The notes: generated by a model from the letters alone, not told the origin. DNA of 64,000 bases from an uncultured Clostridia bacterium (GCA_934667105.1 CAKULG010000001.1:19224-83223); one strand, 5' to 3'. Shown: positions 46,389-56,780, counted from the first letter of the stretch. Program-made: numbers and translations.

Positions 46389-48563
46389 ATGCGGGAAAAA
46401 GCGGCGAAAAAGGAAAAATGGTATCCTTCTCTCTGGCTGAAATACGCCGCGACGTATCTGCTGGTGCTGGCCGTGCCCTTTCTGGCCTTCACCCTGTTTT
46501 TCAATTCCTTCCTCGCCCAGGAAACGGAGAAAAACGCCCGGGAGACGCTGGAGAGCGCGCTGGATAAAATCGTGACGGATTTTGACCAGCGGGTGGAGCA
46601 GATGGCCGCCATCGGCGCGCAATTGGATAACATGCGGGATTTCGGCCTGGTTTCCCTTCAGAATTTCGATTATTCCGCCCGTTATGGCGTGCAGCGGTCG
46701 CTGCTGGCCTTTAAAAATACCAATACGTTTTTCCGCGATATTCTGTATTACCACCGGGCGCAGCCCCAGGTGGTTTTCTCCGGCGTGGGCACTTACCTCA
46801 CCTCCTATTACCGCCTGGTGTACGATTCCGTTTCCGGGCGCTTTCGCCCGCTCAACGGCCTGAGCGCCGTGCTGGTGAAGGGCTGGGTGCCCTGTCAGCG
46901 GGTCACTGCCGGGCAGCTGAATCTGCCCGCCGCGCTATTGTATATTCAGCCGCTTACCACGGTGTCGGGCGGATACCTGATTTTCGAAATTCAGGAAAGC
47001 AGCGTGCGGGCCATGACCCGGGTTGCCCCGCCCCAAAGCGAATTATACATCCTGGCGGGGAACACGCTGCTCTATCCCTTCCAGGGGGAGGCCCCCGCCA
47101 TGCCCCTTAACGAGCCGGGCAAGCGGCCCGACGGGCGCTATCAATACGCCCGGTACAGCCCCTCCACGGGCCTGACCTATCTCTACATTGCGGAAATCAG
47201 CAATATCGGGGCCATGGCGCGCACGATGCTCACCAGCTTTATGGCCCTTTCCGCGGCGGTGAGCGCTCTTTGCTTTGGGGCCATCGTGATTTTCTCCCGC
47301 CGCCACGCCAAGCCCATCGAGCAGCTTGTCACCCTGGCGGACGATATCGCCCCGGGGGGCGGCCCCGGCGTGGTGCGCCTGCAAAACGCCATGCACCAGC
47401 TGCAATCCCGCAGCCAGGAGCTGGATGAGATGCGCCAGAACACCATGCGGGGCCACGCCCTCATTCGCCTGATCCGGGGCAAATACCGCGGCGAGGAGGA
47501 GGCGGAGGATAACCTGCGCCGCCTGGATATCGCCTTCCGCCAGCCCTACCGCGTGATTCTGCTGATGGAAGCGGCGGGGGAGGACCGGGAGGAGCTGACG
47601 GGCCGCGCTCTGGAATATCTGGCCCAGCAGCACGATGTGTACGGCTTCGCCTATGCCGAGCGCAGCGCGTATGTGATGATGGTGGGCATGGATTCGGAAA
47701 GCCGCGCGCCCCTGGAAAGGGAGCTGCGGGCCTTCATTGGCCAGCTGGGCCCGGCGGAGAGCAGGCCGCGCTTTTCCCTGGGCGGCGAATTCACCCATTT
47801 CACCCGCGCCCAGGAATCCTACATGCAGGCGCTGTCCGCCGCCCGGCGCGATCCGGCCAAGGCGGTGGCGCTGTATCAGGCCGCGGATGAAAACGAGCTG
47901 TTCTATCCCCGGGAGGAGCTGCGCGCCCTGGGCGCGGCCCTGGAAAACCAGGATCGCAACCGCACCGCCTTCCTTTACGATGTGCTGATGAAGCTGGTGC
48001 GCCAGCACACGCCGGAATATTTCTACACCGTCAGCCTGGTTTCCGAAATGATCAATCTGTATCTTCAGGCCCCCTCCCGCCAGAACCCGGAGGGCGGCGA
48101 GGAGAATTACGCCGCCAGCCTGCAGGGCATGTATATGAACGATCCCGAGGATATGATCGCCTGCCTGCAGCGGCTGCACACCCAGGCGCTGCAATGGATG
48201 ACGGAAAACGATCTTTCCAGCAGCACCACCGAAATGACGGGCGTGGCCAATTACATTTCCGCCTGCGAGGAGCTGGATACCCTTACCGTGGGCACCGTGG
48301 CCGAGCGCTTCGGCCTGAACATTTCCTCCCTCTCCCATAAATTTAAGGAGCAGATGGGCTGCAACATTTCCGATTACATCCTCACCTGCAAAATGAACCG
48401 CGCCTGCACCCTCCTGCGCTCCACCGAGGAAACCGTGGCGGATATTGCGGAAAAGGTGGGCTACAGCCAATACACCTCCTTCGTGCGCCAATTCAAGCGC
48501 CAGAAGGGCGTTACCCCCACCGCCTACCGGGAGGCCTGGCAGCGCGGCGAAGGGAAAGAGTAA
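46389..48563 (+). CDS. membrane-anchored AraC family transcriptional regulator with extracytoplasmic sensor domain
   Basis: Two TM segments (YLLVLAVPFLAFTLFF and FMALSAAVSALCFGAIVIF) bracket a region of about 270 aa. The C-terminal AraC HTH pair includes TVADIAEKVGYSQYTSFVRQFKRQKGVTPTAYR. Start at ATG 46389. Confidence 0.8.
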   Translation: MREKAAKKEKWYPSLWLKYAATYLLVLAVPFLAFTLFFNSFLAQETEKNARETLESALDKIVTDFDQRVEQMAAIGAQLDNMRDFGLVSLQNFDYSARYGVQRSLLAFKNTNTFFRDILYYHRAQPQVVFSGVGTYLTSYYRLVYDSVSGRFRPLNGLSAVLVKGWVPCQRVTAGQLNLPAALLYIQPLTTVSGGYLIFEIQESSVRAMTRVAPPQSELYILAGNTLLYPFQGEAPAMPLNEPGKRPDGRYQYARYSPSTGLTYLYIAEISNIGAMARTMLTSFMALSAAVSALCFGAIVIFSRRHAKPIEQLVTLADDIAPGGGPGVVRLQNAMHQLQSRSQELDEMRQNTMRGHALIRLIRGKYRGEEEAEDNLRRLDIAFRQPYRVILLMEAAGEDREELTGRALEYLAQQHDVYGFAYAERSAYVMMVGMDSESRAPLERELRAFIGQLGPAESRPRFSLGGEFTHFTRAQESYMQALSAARRDPAKAVALYQAADENELFYPREELRALGAALENQDRNRTAFLYDVLMKLVRQHTPEYFYTVSLVSEMINLYLQAPSRQNPEGGEENYAASLQGMYMNDPEDMIACLQRLHTQALQWMTENDLSSSTTEMTGVANYISACEELDTLTVGTVAERFGLNISSLSHKFKEQMGCNISDYILTCKMNRACTLLRSTEETVADIAEKVGYSQYTSFVRQFKRQKGVTPTAYREAWQRGEGKE

Positions 48564-48577
48564 AATTAATAAATAAT

Positions 48578-48620
48578 GCGGGGGAACCGCTCTTTGTTGG
48601 ACAAAGAACGGTTCCCCCGC
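48578..48620 (+). repeat. intergenic hairpin repeat, copy 10 (bidirectional terminator position)
   Basis: GCGGGGGAACCGCTCTTTGTTGGACAAAGAACGGTTCCCCCGC lies between the convergent AraC and C69 peptidase genes. A T-rich run follows on the plus strand. Confidence 0.85.
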
Positions 48621-48640
48621 AAATATTTTGTTTTTGTTTT

Positions 48641-50191
48641 TTATTTAATGGCGTTGACCAGCTCCATGCAGGCGGCGTGAACCTTCGCGGCCAGGGCGCT
48701 GCTGGCGGCGGTGGCGGCTTCAGGGGTGAGGGCGTCGGCGTCCAGCTGGGCGAAGGCGTCGTAGCATTCCGTCTGGAGGGCGGCCAGCTTATCGGCGACG
48801 GCGGTTTTTTGCTCGTCTGTCAGGTTTCCGGCCTCATACAGGTTAGAAAGCGCGTCCATCGTCCAATAGACGGAATTGGCCCAATTGGCGGGCAGCGCGC
48901 AATAGCCTTCCACGGGCACGCGCTCGCCGTTTTCATCCCGTTGATATTTGGTGGTGGCGTAGGCCACGGCGTTTTCGGGCTTTTCGGCGGCGAATTCAGC
49001 GGGCAGCGTGCTCAGTTTATAGCCAGCGTAGGTATCCGTGGTCAGCATGGGGTAATAGGGCACGAACACGCTCAGCGCCGCGTCGTCCATGGCCACCCAC
49101 TCCACGGTGCCGGTGGGGCCGTCCTTCCCGGAGAGAACGAAAATGTGGGTTTCCAGGTTACGGGTGGAGCCGATACCGGCGATGTGATAATATTTCACCA
49201 CGTCGTCCACCGTGTAGGCGTGATCCAGGGTGATAGCGGTGTACAGCGGCACGATATCGCCCTGGGCGTTCACGTTGGAAATCGTATAATCGGATACGGC
49301 GGGCTCTTCCTTGGCAGTTTCGGCGTTAAAGAATTTGAGCGCGTTCACCATGCGGCTTCCGGCGGTCTGATCGGCGTTATAGGAGGCCACATAGTCGATG
49401 GTGTTGGCTTCCTTATCGCCCACATACGCGCCGGCCTGCTCGGCCACGGCGATAAGATTTTTGGAAGCGATAACGTTTTTCGTATCGTCCAGATCAATCA
49501 GGCCGATAATGGACATATTCGGCTGGGCGAAGGCCATAGAGGAGGAAAGCTTCAGCGCCACATACTGGGTGCCGGAGGCGTTTTCGATATACCAGGTTTC
49601 CTGGCTGTCGGCGATGAATACGCCCGAGCCGCCCGCGCAGCCCGCCGTGTCGTAGATGTTCAGCAGCAGCGTAACGGCCTCCTTCGCCGTTGCGGCCTCG
49701 CTGAGCAGCACGGTGGGAATTTCGGCTTCCTCGATGCCGGTATCCACATAGGGATCCACGGCGTAAATCGCGTCGGAGCAGCCGATGGTTTCGGTGGCGC
49801 TGACGGTCACGCCCATTTCGTTGGTGCCGCCCGCCTCATAGGGGGTGTGGGGGTGCGTGCCGCCGCAATCCGGGCATTCGTTGCCCACCGCCGCGCCGTT
49901 ATCGTCGCTGAAGGCGGTGTAGCTGTAGCTGGGTTTGGTGAAGGTGTAGGTGAAGCCGTAGCAGCCGGCGTATTCTTCACCGGCGGCGTGGTTCCCGGCG
50001 GGGCTTACATAAAACAGCTTGTTATAGCTGTTGGAAATATCCTCGGAACGGGCGAACATCGTAGTTCCGTCCGCAGTCAGGTCGGAGCCGACGTAAATCG
50101 CCGTGCACGCCATGGCGCTGACGGAGGACAGACACAGAATCAGAGCGGCCATCAGGGATACCAGCATTTTTAATTTCTTCGAGTTCAGCAT
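48641..50191 (-). CDS. secreted C69 family dipeptidase
   Basis: The signal peptide ends in SAMA, followed by the nucleophile Cys in CTAIYVGSDLTADGTTMFARSEDI. Start at ATG 50191 behind AAAAGGAGGA. Confidence 0.82.
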   Translation of the reverse strand: MLNSKKLKMLVSLMAALILCLSSVSAMACTAIYVGSDLTADGTTMFARSEDISNSYNKLFYVSPAGNHAAGEEYAGCYGFTYTFTKPSYSYTAFSDDNGAAVGNECPDCGGTHPHTPYEAGGTNEMGVTVSATETIGCSDAIYAVDPYVDTGIEEAEIPTVLLSEAATAKEAVTLLLNIYDTAGCAGGSGVFIADSQETWYIENASGTQYVALKLSSSMAFAQPNMSIIGLIDLDDTKNVIASKNLIAVAEQAGAYVGDKEANTIDYVASYNADQTAGSRMVNALKFFNAETAKEEPAVSDYTISNVNAQGDIVPLYTAITLDHAYTVDDVVKYYHIAGIGSTRNLETHIFVLSGKDGPTGTVEWVAMDDAALSVFVPYYPMLTTDTYAGYKLSTLPAEFAAEKPENAVAYATTKYQRDENGERVPVEGYCALPANWANSVYWTMDALSNLYEAGNLTDEQKTAVADKLAALQTECYDAFAQLDADALTPEAATAASSALAAKVHAACMELVNAIK

Positions 50192-50326
50192 GTTTGCGTC
50201 CTCCTTTTGTTTGATGAATGCATTATAATGCATCTTTATACACTTGTCAAGCTGTTTTTGAATATTTATTCTATTGTTTTTGACTTTAATGTATAATTAC
50301 AACACACGCAGCCGTCTTTGCCTGCA

Positions 50327-50370
50327 TAAAAAAAACGCCCCGGCCTGTGGATGGGATACAGGCCGGGGCG
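50327..50370 (-). terminator. intrinsic terminator of the ECF sigma / anti-sigma operon
   Basis: Minus strand: CGCCCCGGCCTGT-ATCCCATCC-ACAGGCCGGGGCG followed by TTTTTTTT. Confidence 0.85.
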
Positions 50371-50393
50371 TATGCAGGATGAAGTTCTTTTCG

Positions 50394-51329
50394 TTATTGC
50401 AGCGCTTCCTGGAACGCCTCGAAGAATTCGGGGCAGGCCCAGGTGCCGCAGGCCAGCAGGCGTTCGCCGTTCACGGCCATTTGCAGCGTCAGGCCGTTTT
50501 GCAATTGAATCAGCAAAGATTGCGCGGTTTCGCCGCTGCCCGCCCGCTGATAGCTGGCGTTGGCGGTTAAAACGCCGATAAGCCGCTGGGCGGTTTCCGC
50601 GTCGTTAATGGTGCCCACGCCGGAAAGCTCCAGCGCCACGGCCTTGCCCGCCCGGAGGGTATCAGCCAGCGTTTCGCCGCCCACCAGCGCGTTATCGCCG
50701 AAGGATACCCGCTGGAACGCCCGCAGCTGACCATCCACCCGGGCGGCCACCGCCGCGCCGCTCATGCCGCGCACGGCGTACACTGTTTCCCCGGCGTTCA
50801 CCGCGTTGGAGCAAATTCCGCTGCGTCCGGCCAGGGCGGGCTCGCTGGTATAGGTATCCACCGTGCCCAGGGAATCGCCCAGCATGGAATCCGTCAGGGC
50901 GGTGGGATTGGTGAGCAGCCGGTAATAGCGGCCGTTCACGCCGATAAGCGGGAAATTTCCCCCCGAAGCGGGGGCCCACAGGCTGCGATAGGAGGGATTG
51001 GAGGACGCGCGGATGGAGATGCTGCCAACCGGCACATCCAGCGCCAGCTTGGCCCCCGGGGCCTGGGAAGCGCCGGCAGGCTGAGAACTGAGCAGCACGG
51101 GCTCCTGGGGCGCGCTTCCGCCCCGGGGGGAGGCCGCGTATACGCCGCCGCCCACCAGCAGCGCCAGCGCGCAGCACAGGGCGGGAATCAGCCGCCGCGC
51201 CCGCGCCCGGCCCTGCGTTTTTCCCCGGGCCGCCTGCATAATCCTTCGTTTCAGCGCCTCATCCGCTTGAAGACCGGCGGACGAGGCCATTTCGGGCAAT
51301 TGCCGCAGCCTTTCCTCCACGTTCTTCAT
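50394..51329 (-). CDS. putative anti-sigma factor (single-pass membrane protein)
   Basis: A short cytoplasmic N-terminus, one TM segment (LIPALCCALALLVGGGVYA) and a roughly 230-aa extracytoplasmic domain. The start overlaps the ECF sigma stop (ATGA). Confidence 0.6.
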   Translation of the reverse strand: MKNVEERLRQLPEMASSAGLQADEALKRRIMQAARGKTQGRARARRLIPALCCALALLVGGGVYAASPRGGSAPQEPVLLSSQPAGASQAPGAKLALDVPVGSISIRASSNPSYRSLWAPASGGNFPLIGVNGRYYRLLTNPTALTDSMLGDSLGTVDTYTSEPALAGRSGICSNAVNAGETVYAVRGMSGAAVAARVDGQLRAFQRVSFGDNALVGGETLADTLRAGKAVALELSGVGTINDAETAQRLIGVLTANASYQRAGSGETAQSLLIQLQNGLTLQMAVNGERLLACGTWACPEFFEAFQEALQ

Positions 51330-51856
51330 TGCGCTCCACTCTCCTTTAATATTTCTTCCAGCTTTTTTCTGCCCCGGGAAAGGCGACTGGAAATCGTCCC
51401 CTCGGGCACATGCAGCATATTGGCGATTTCGGCGATGCCGTAGCCCTGATAATAATGCAGCAAAATCGCATCCCGGAAATCGGGGGGCAGCCGCCGGATA
51501 GCGGCCAGCAGCTCCTGCCGCTCCAGGCGATCCTCCAGATTACCGGGGGCGGGGGTTAATTCCATGGCGGGGCTGCCCAGCACCACCCGCTTTACCCAGG
51601 CGGCGCGCCACAGATCGCGGCAGCGGTTCAGCGCCACTTTCAGCAGCCAGGCCTTTTCCTTGCCGGGCACCAGCTCGGGGGTATGCGTCAGCAGGCGCAC
51701 GAAAACGTCCTGGGTCACATCCTCCGCCTTTTGCCGGTCGCCCAGATAAAAATAGCTCATCCGGAGCACATCCCCCGCGTATTGCGCATAAAGCGCTTCG
51801 AACTGCGCTTCGTCCATACGCGCGGGCGCGCCTCTTTCTCCTGCCCGGTCGTTCAT
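51326..51856 (-). CDS. RNA polymerase ECF-type sigma-70 family factor
   Basis: Region 2 (DVTQDVFVRLL ... AWLLKVALNRCRDLWR) and region 4 (ILLHYYQGYGIAEIANMLHVPEGTISSRLSRGRKKL). The start among 51886, 51877 and 51856 is uncertain. Confidence 0.85.
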   Translation of the reverse strand: MNDRAGERGAPARMDEAQFEALYAQYAGDVLRMSYFYLGDRQKAEDVTQDVFVRLLTHTPELVPGKEKAWLLKVALNRCRDLWRAAWVKRVVLGSPAMELTPAPGNLEDRLERQELLAAIRRLPPDFRDAILLHYYQGYGIAEIANMLHVPEGTISSRLSRGRKKLEEILKESGAQ

Positions 51857-52058
51857 ACAACGGCGCACCTTTCCCATTTCTTGCAAGGTTCAGCAAAAAT
51901 TACGAAATTCTTTTCCCGCCTTTTCCGGCGCGCCCCGTTTTTGCAGCGTGGCCACCTGGGAAAAGCGGCGGGCGGTTATCCCCGTGGGTTTATTATAGCC
52001 CCTGGGCCCCGGCTCGGTCAAGCGGGCGCGCGAAAAGGAAAGAATTCCCGCCGCGCCG

Positions 52059-53357
52059 TCAGATTTTTTGGGCGGTCAGGTCGTAGGTATCGGCGGAAAG
52101 AATGCGGCCGTGCACAAATTCCCCCTCCTGGAGGGGTGCGTCGCTGTGCAGAAGGATTTCGCCGTCCGCGTCCGGGGCCTCCCAGGCGGAGCGCGCCGTG
52201 TAGGCGTTTTCCCGGCGACCCGTCACCAGCAGCTTTTCCTCCCGGCCCACGCGGGCCTGGTTCCGGGCCAGGCTGATTTTCGCCTGAAGCCGCATCAGCC
52301 GGTCCAGCCGCGCCTGCTTAATTTCCTCGGGAATCTGGTTCGGCATCGACGCGGCGGGGGTATCCTCCTCGGGGGAGAAGGCGAAGGCGCCCATCCGGTC
52401 GAAGGCGATTTCCTCAGTGAAGCGCATCAGCACCTCAAAATCCGCCTCCGTTTCCCCGGGGAAGCCCACGATAAAGGTGGTGCGCAGGCAGAAGCCCCGG
52501 GCCCGGGCGGCGGCCAGCATGGCGCGCACATGCTCCATCGTACCCCGTCGGTTCATAGCCCGCAGCAGGCCGGGGGCGGCGTGCTGCAGGGGCAGATCCA
52601 GATAGCGGCAGATATTTTCATGGGCAGCCATCACATCCAGCGTTTCCTCCGTCAGTTCGTCGGGATACAGATACAGCGTCCGCAGCCAATCCACCCCCGG
52701 GATTTTCGCCGCCTCCGTCATCAGGGCGGCCAGGGAATCCCCTGTGTCGCGGCCATAGCGGGTGGTATCCTGGGCGATGAGAATTTGCTCCCGCGCGCCC
52801 TGGGCGGCCAGCTGGCGCATTTCCTGCAAAATGGCCTCCCGGTGGCGGGAGCGATACCCCCCGCGAATCAGCGGAATGGCGCAGTAAGCGCAGCGATTGT
52901 CGCAGCCGTCGCCGATTTTGATATAGGCGGAATAGCTGGGCGTGGTGAGCACCCGGCCGCACTCCAAAAAATCCTTTTTCCGGGCGGTGGCCACGGGGCG
53001 CTTGCCCTCCAGCGCCTTTTCCAGATAGCCCGCCAGCTCCCCGTATTGGGAAACTCCCAGCAGGCAATCAATTTCGGGAATTTCGGAAAGCAAATCCTTT
53101 TCATAGCGCTGGGCCAGGCACCCGGTGACGCACAGCACCCGGCAGCGCCCTTTTTCTTTATATTGCGCCATTTCAAAAATCGCGTCGATGGATTCCTCCT
53201 TGGCCGGCGCGATAAAGCCGCAGGTGTTCACGATCAGAATATCCGCCTGCTCCGGCTTTTGCACGATTTCGCAGCCCGCCGCTTTCAGCGTGCCCAGCAT
53301 CTGCTCGGAATCCACCCGATTTTTCACGCAGCCCAGCGAGATCATGCCGATTTTCAT
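52059..53357 (-). CDS. rimO: ribosomal protein S12 methylthiotransferase
   Basis: MKIGMISLGCVKNRVDSEQM UPF0004 domain, radical SAM motif CDNRCAYCAIP, and a C-terminal TRAM domain. The start (53357 versus 53399/53402) is uncertain. Confidence 0.85.
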   Translation of the reverse strand: MKIGMISLGCVKNRVDSEQMLGTLKAAGCEIVQKPEQADILIVNTCGFIAPAKEESIDAIFEMAQYKEKGRCRVLCVTGCLAQRYEKDLLSEIPEIDCLLGVSQYGELAGYLEKALEGKRPVATARKKDFLECGRVLTTPSYSAYIKIGDGCDNRCAYCAIPLIRGGYRSRHREAILQEMRQLAAQGAREQILIAQDTTRYGRDTGDSLAALMTEAAKIPGVDWLRTLYLYPDELTEETLDVMAAHENICRYLDLPLQHAAPGLLRAMNRRGTMEHVRAMLAAARARGFCLRTTFIVGFPGETEADFEVLMRFTEEIAFDRMGAFAFSPEEDTPAASMPNQIPEEIKQARLDRLMRLQAKISLARNQARVGREEKLLVTGRRENAYTARSAWEAPDADGEILLHSDAPLQEGEFVHGRILSADTYDLTAQKI

Positions 53358-53498
53358 GCCCTGTAAATTACTCAAGGAAGTTTTTCCTCCGTGCTTCATC
53401 AAAGTATTCTTCGCGGCGTTTTCACCCCTGGTATTTTAGCACAATTCTCCCTGCGCCACAAGGGGGGAAGGTTGCTTTGCGGGCCGTTCCCTGCTATA

Positions 53499-54230
53499 AT
53501 GAGGGGGAAGAAACGGGGGGCGAGAGGCGTGCAAAGGCTGCTGGGGGAGCTGCGCCGGGCGGATGAGCGCTATCATCTCATCGCGGCGGGAGATAAAATC
53601 GCCGTGGGCGTATCGGGCGGCAAGGATTCCATGGCGCTGCTGGCGCTTCTGCGGGCCTATCGCGGCTTTTCGCCCCGGCCCTTTTCCCTCTGCGCGCTGA
53701 CCATTAAACTGGGCGAGCCCTTTGATACATCCCCCATCGCCGCTCTGTGCCGGGCCTGGGATATTCCCTTCATACTGCGGGAAACCGATCTTCTGCCCAC
53801 CCTGGCAAAGGAAAAGAACCCCTGCGCCCTGTGCGCCCGGCTGCGGCGGGGCACGCTGCTGCGCATGGCGGCGGAGCAGGGTTGCCAAAGCCTGGCCCTG
53901 GCCCATCACCGGGAGGACGCGCTGGAAACGTATTTGATGAGCGCCCTGTCCGAGGGGCGCTTTTACCGCCTGGCCCCTTCGGCGAATATGGAGAGGGCGG
54001 GGGTGCGGGTGATCCGCCCCCTCATCGACAGTCCCGAGAGCGCCTTGGCCGCCCTTTGCAGGCGGCAGGGGCTGCCCGTGCTGAAAAATCCCTGCCCTGT
54101 GGATGGGCACACCCGCCGGGCGGAAATGCGCACGCTGCTTTCCGCCCTGGAAGCGCGCTGCCCCGGGGCTAACGCGCATTTGCTTACCGCCCTGCAAAAG
54201 GAACGGGAACAGGAGCTACGCAACGAATAG
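53499..54230 (+). CDS. PP-loop ATPase, tRNA 2-thiocytidine (TtcA)-like family
   Basis: PP-loop motif VGVSGGKDSMALL and a CxxC motif (NPCALCARLRRG). The start (ATG 53499 or GTG 53529) is uncertain. Confidence 0.75.
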   Translation: MRGKKRGARGVQRLLGELRRADERYHLIAAGDKIAVGVSGGKDSMALLALLRAYRGFSPRPFSLCALTIKLGEPFDTSPIAALCRAWDIPFILRETDLLPTLAKEKNPCALCARLRRGTLLRMAAEQGCQSLALAHHREDALETYLMSALSEGRFYRLAPSANMERAGVRVIRPLIDSPESALAALCRRQGLPVLKNPCPVDGHTRRAEMRTLLSALEARCPGANAHLLTALQKEREQELRNE

Positions 54231-54238
54231 GAGCAGCT

Positions 54239-56425
54239 ATGGCCGAGCAATTGGAAGCCATTATTGAAGAAACGATTTTTCGCAACGAAGAAAACGGATA
54301 TTCCGTGGTGCAGGCAAAGGCGGGCCGGGAAAGCGTGACCGTGGTGGGCGCGCTGCCCGCCCTGGCCCCGGGGGAGCAGGTATCCCTTTCGGGGGGGTGG
54401 GTGGAGCATCCCCAATACGGCAAGCAATGGAAAGCCACCGCCTGCGAGATTCGCCAGCCCACCACGCTGCTGGGCATCGAGCGTTATTTGGGCTCGGGGC
54501 TGATTAAGGGGGTGGGCCCCTCCACGGCGCGGCTGCTGGTGCAGGAATTCGGCAAGCGCACCCTGGATGTGCTTTCCGAGCAGCCCGAGCGGCTGACCGA
54601 GGTGCCCGGCATCGGTAAAAAGCGCGCGGCGCAATTGGCCGAATCCTTTCGGGAGCAATACGCCGCCCGGGAGGCCATGGTTTTTTTGCAATCCTACGGC
54701 GTATCCCCCGCCCTGGCGGTGAAGATCAGCAAGGCCTACGGCGCGGACGCGCAGCGCAAGATCCGGGAAAATCCCTACCGGCTGATCGACGATATCGAGG
54801 GCGTGGGCTTTCTCACGGCGGATCGCATCGCCCTTTCCCTGGGCATTCCCCAGGACAGCGAATTCCGCCTGCGTTCGGGCCTGAAATATGTGCTGCAGGA
54901 ATCGGCCAACGGCGAGGGCCACACCTATCTGCCCCGGGAGCTGCTGCTGGAGCGGGCGGCCCGGGCCCTGCGTGTGGACGCGGAGCAGCTGCTGCACCCC
55001 CTGGACGCGCTGCTTTTCGCCCGGGAGCTGGTGGCCGTGGACGCGGAGGGCCGGGACGCGGTGATGCTCTCCGCCTATTTCTATGCCGAAAAGGAAACGG
55101 CGCGCTATCTGCGTCTGCTGCTGCGGGACGCGCCCGAAAAGCCCCGGCCCTCCCTTTCCCGGGAAATCGGGGAATTTGAAAAGCGCAACGGTATCCAGTT
55201 CAGCGAAAATCAGCGCCGGGCGGTTTCCGAGGCGGTGCGGCAAGGGCTGATGGTGATTACCGGCGGCCCGGGCACGGGGAAAACCACCATCATCAATTGC
55301 ATTCTTTCCCTGGTGGGCAAGGACGCGCTGCTGGCGGCCCCTACGGGCCGCGCCGCCAAGCGCATGAGCGAGGCCACCGGCCACGAGGCCAAAACGCTGC
55401 ACCGGCTGCTGGAATTCGCCGGGGAGGAGGGCAAATTTCAGCGGGACGAGCAGAACCCCCTGGATTGCGCCTGCGTGATTGTGGATGAAATGTCCATGGT
55501 GGACGTATTCCTGATGCGTAGCCTGCTGCGCGCGCTGAAGCCCGGCTGCAAGCTGATTCTGGTGGGGGACGCGGATCAATTGCCCTCCGTGGGCGCGGGC
55601 AACGTGCTGGGGGATATTCTCAAAAGCGGCTGCGTGCCCTCCGTGCGGCTGACGGATATTTTTCGCCAGGCCGAGGAAAGCCTGATCGTGGTGAACGCTC
55701 ACCGTATCAATCACGGGGAGCCCCCCCTGCTGAACCGGCGGGACAGCGATTTCTTTTTTGAGCGCAAGCCCCTGCCCGAGGCTGCGGCGGAGGCCATCGT
55801 GGGCCTGTGCGCCCGGCGACTGCCCGCCTTTTTGCACAGCGATTCCCCCGCACGGGATATTCAGGTGCTGGCCCCGGCCAAAAAGGCCGAGGCGGGGGTG
55901 TTTTCCCTGAACGCCCGGCTTCAGGCCGCCCTGAACCCTCCCGCCCCCTGGAAAAAGGAAATCGTTTTCGGCGAAACCGTTTTCCGCACGGGGGACAAGG
56001 TGATGCACACCCACAACAATTATCAATTGGCCTGGAAAACGGATGGGGGCGAGGAAGGCGAGGGCGTTTTTAACGGCGACGTGGGCTTTATTTCCCAGGT
56101 GGACGTCCAGGATCGGGTGGTCGCCGTTCGCTATGACGACGAGCGCACGGTGGAATACGATTATCCTCAGCTGGAGGAACTGGAACTGGCCTATTGCCTT
56201 TCGGTGCATAAAAGCCAGGGCAGCGAATTCCCTTGCGTGGTGATGCCCGTGGTGGGCGGGCCGCCCCGACTGCTGACCCGCAATCTGTTCTATACCGCCC
56301 TTACCCGCGCCCGGAAGCTGGTGGTGCTGGTGGGGCGGGAGGATTGCATCGAGGCCATGGTGCGCAATAATCACATCGCCACCCGCTTTACCACCCTGCG
56401 TCAGCAGCTGGCGGAGGCGGAATAG
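54239..56425 (+). CDS. recD2: SF1B ATP-dependent RecD-like DNA helicase
   Basis: 728 aa. N-terminal OB/HhH region, Walker A (ITGGPGTGKTT), Walker B (VIVDEMSMVD) and C-terminal SVHKSQGSEF. Confidence 0.88.
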   Translation: MAEQLEAIIEETIFRNEENGYSVVQAKAGRESVTVVGALPALAPGEQVSLSGGWVEHPQYGKQWKATACEIRQPTTLLGIERYLGSGLIKGVGPSTARLLVQEFGKRTLDVLSEQPERLTEVPGIGKKRAAQLAESFREQYAAREAMVFLQSYGVSPALAVKISKAYGADAQRKIRENPYRLIDDIEGVGFLTADRIALSLGIPQDSEFRLRSGLKYVLQESANGEGHTYLPRELLLERAARALRVDAEQLLHPLDALLFARELVAVDAEGRDAVMLSAYFYAEKETARYLRLLLRDAPEKPRPSLSREIGEFEKRNGIQFSENQRRAVSEAVRQGLMVITGGPGTGKTTIINCILSLVGKDALLAAPTGRAAKRMSEATGHEAKTLHRLLEFAGEEGKFQRDEQNPLDCACVIVDEMSMVDVFLMRSLLRALKPGCKLILVGDADQLPSVGAGNVLGDILKSGCVPSVRLTDIFRQAEESLIVVNAHRINHGEPPLLNRRDSDFFFERKPLPEAAAEAIVGLCARRLPAFLHSDSPARDIQVLAPAKKAEAGVFSLNARLQAALNPPAPWKKEIVFGETVFRTGDKVMHTHNNYQLAWKTDGGEEGEGVFNGDVGFISQVDVQDRVVAVRYDDERTVEYDYPQLEELELAYCLSVHKSQGSEFPCVVMPVVGGPPRLLTRNLFYTALTRARKLVVLVGREDCIEAMVRNNHIATRFTTLRQQLAEAE

Positions 56426-56601
56426 GAACGGGATAGCATTATACGGGTGAGGGATTCTTTGGGGGCATTTCGCCCCGCGCTTCCGCTTTGATGAGTAGCG
56501 CGGGGCGTAAAAAATGAAGGACTGGCCGCCCTTCATTGCATCCAGCAAGTTTGCTCGATACTTTTTTGACAGTCTGAGCCGCCCTAAAAAGCGGCGCTCA
56601 T

Positions 56602-56690
56602 CAGAATACCTCTCCCGCACCTTCTTTAAGAAAGCCGATCAGGAACGGGCAGGTATCGGGAAATTGGCCTGCTTCTCTGCTGACGGAAGG
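56602..56690 (+). repeat. degenerate family copy 11
   Basis: Only the right arm of the hairpin remains (CAGAATACCTCTCCCGC; compare copy 12). It is followed by ACCTTCTTTAAGAAAGCCGATCAGG ... GCCTGCTTCTCTGC. Confidence 0.5.
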
Positions 56691-56780
56691 GAGCAGAGGC
56701 GTTTCGCGCACTAAAATTTTCATAGCCCTTTTGCGGAACGAAAAAACCGCCCCAAGGCAAAAATTACCCCTTCCAAAATG

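Noticed and set aside
53963-56620. 885-aa ORF antisense to recD2 and the TtcA-like gene
   Set aside because: It is a shadow frame of well-supported plus-strand genes. It has the same G/H/A/Q/R-rich low-complexity composition, and no RBS or recognisable domain.
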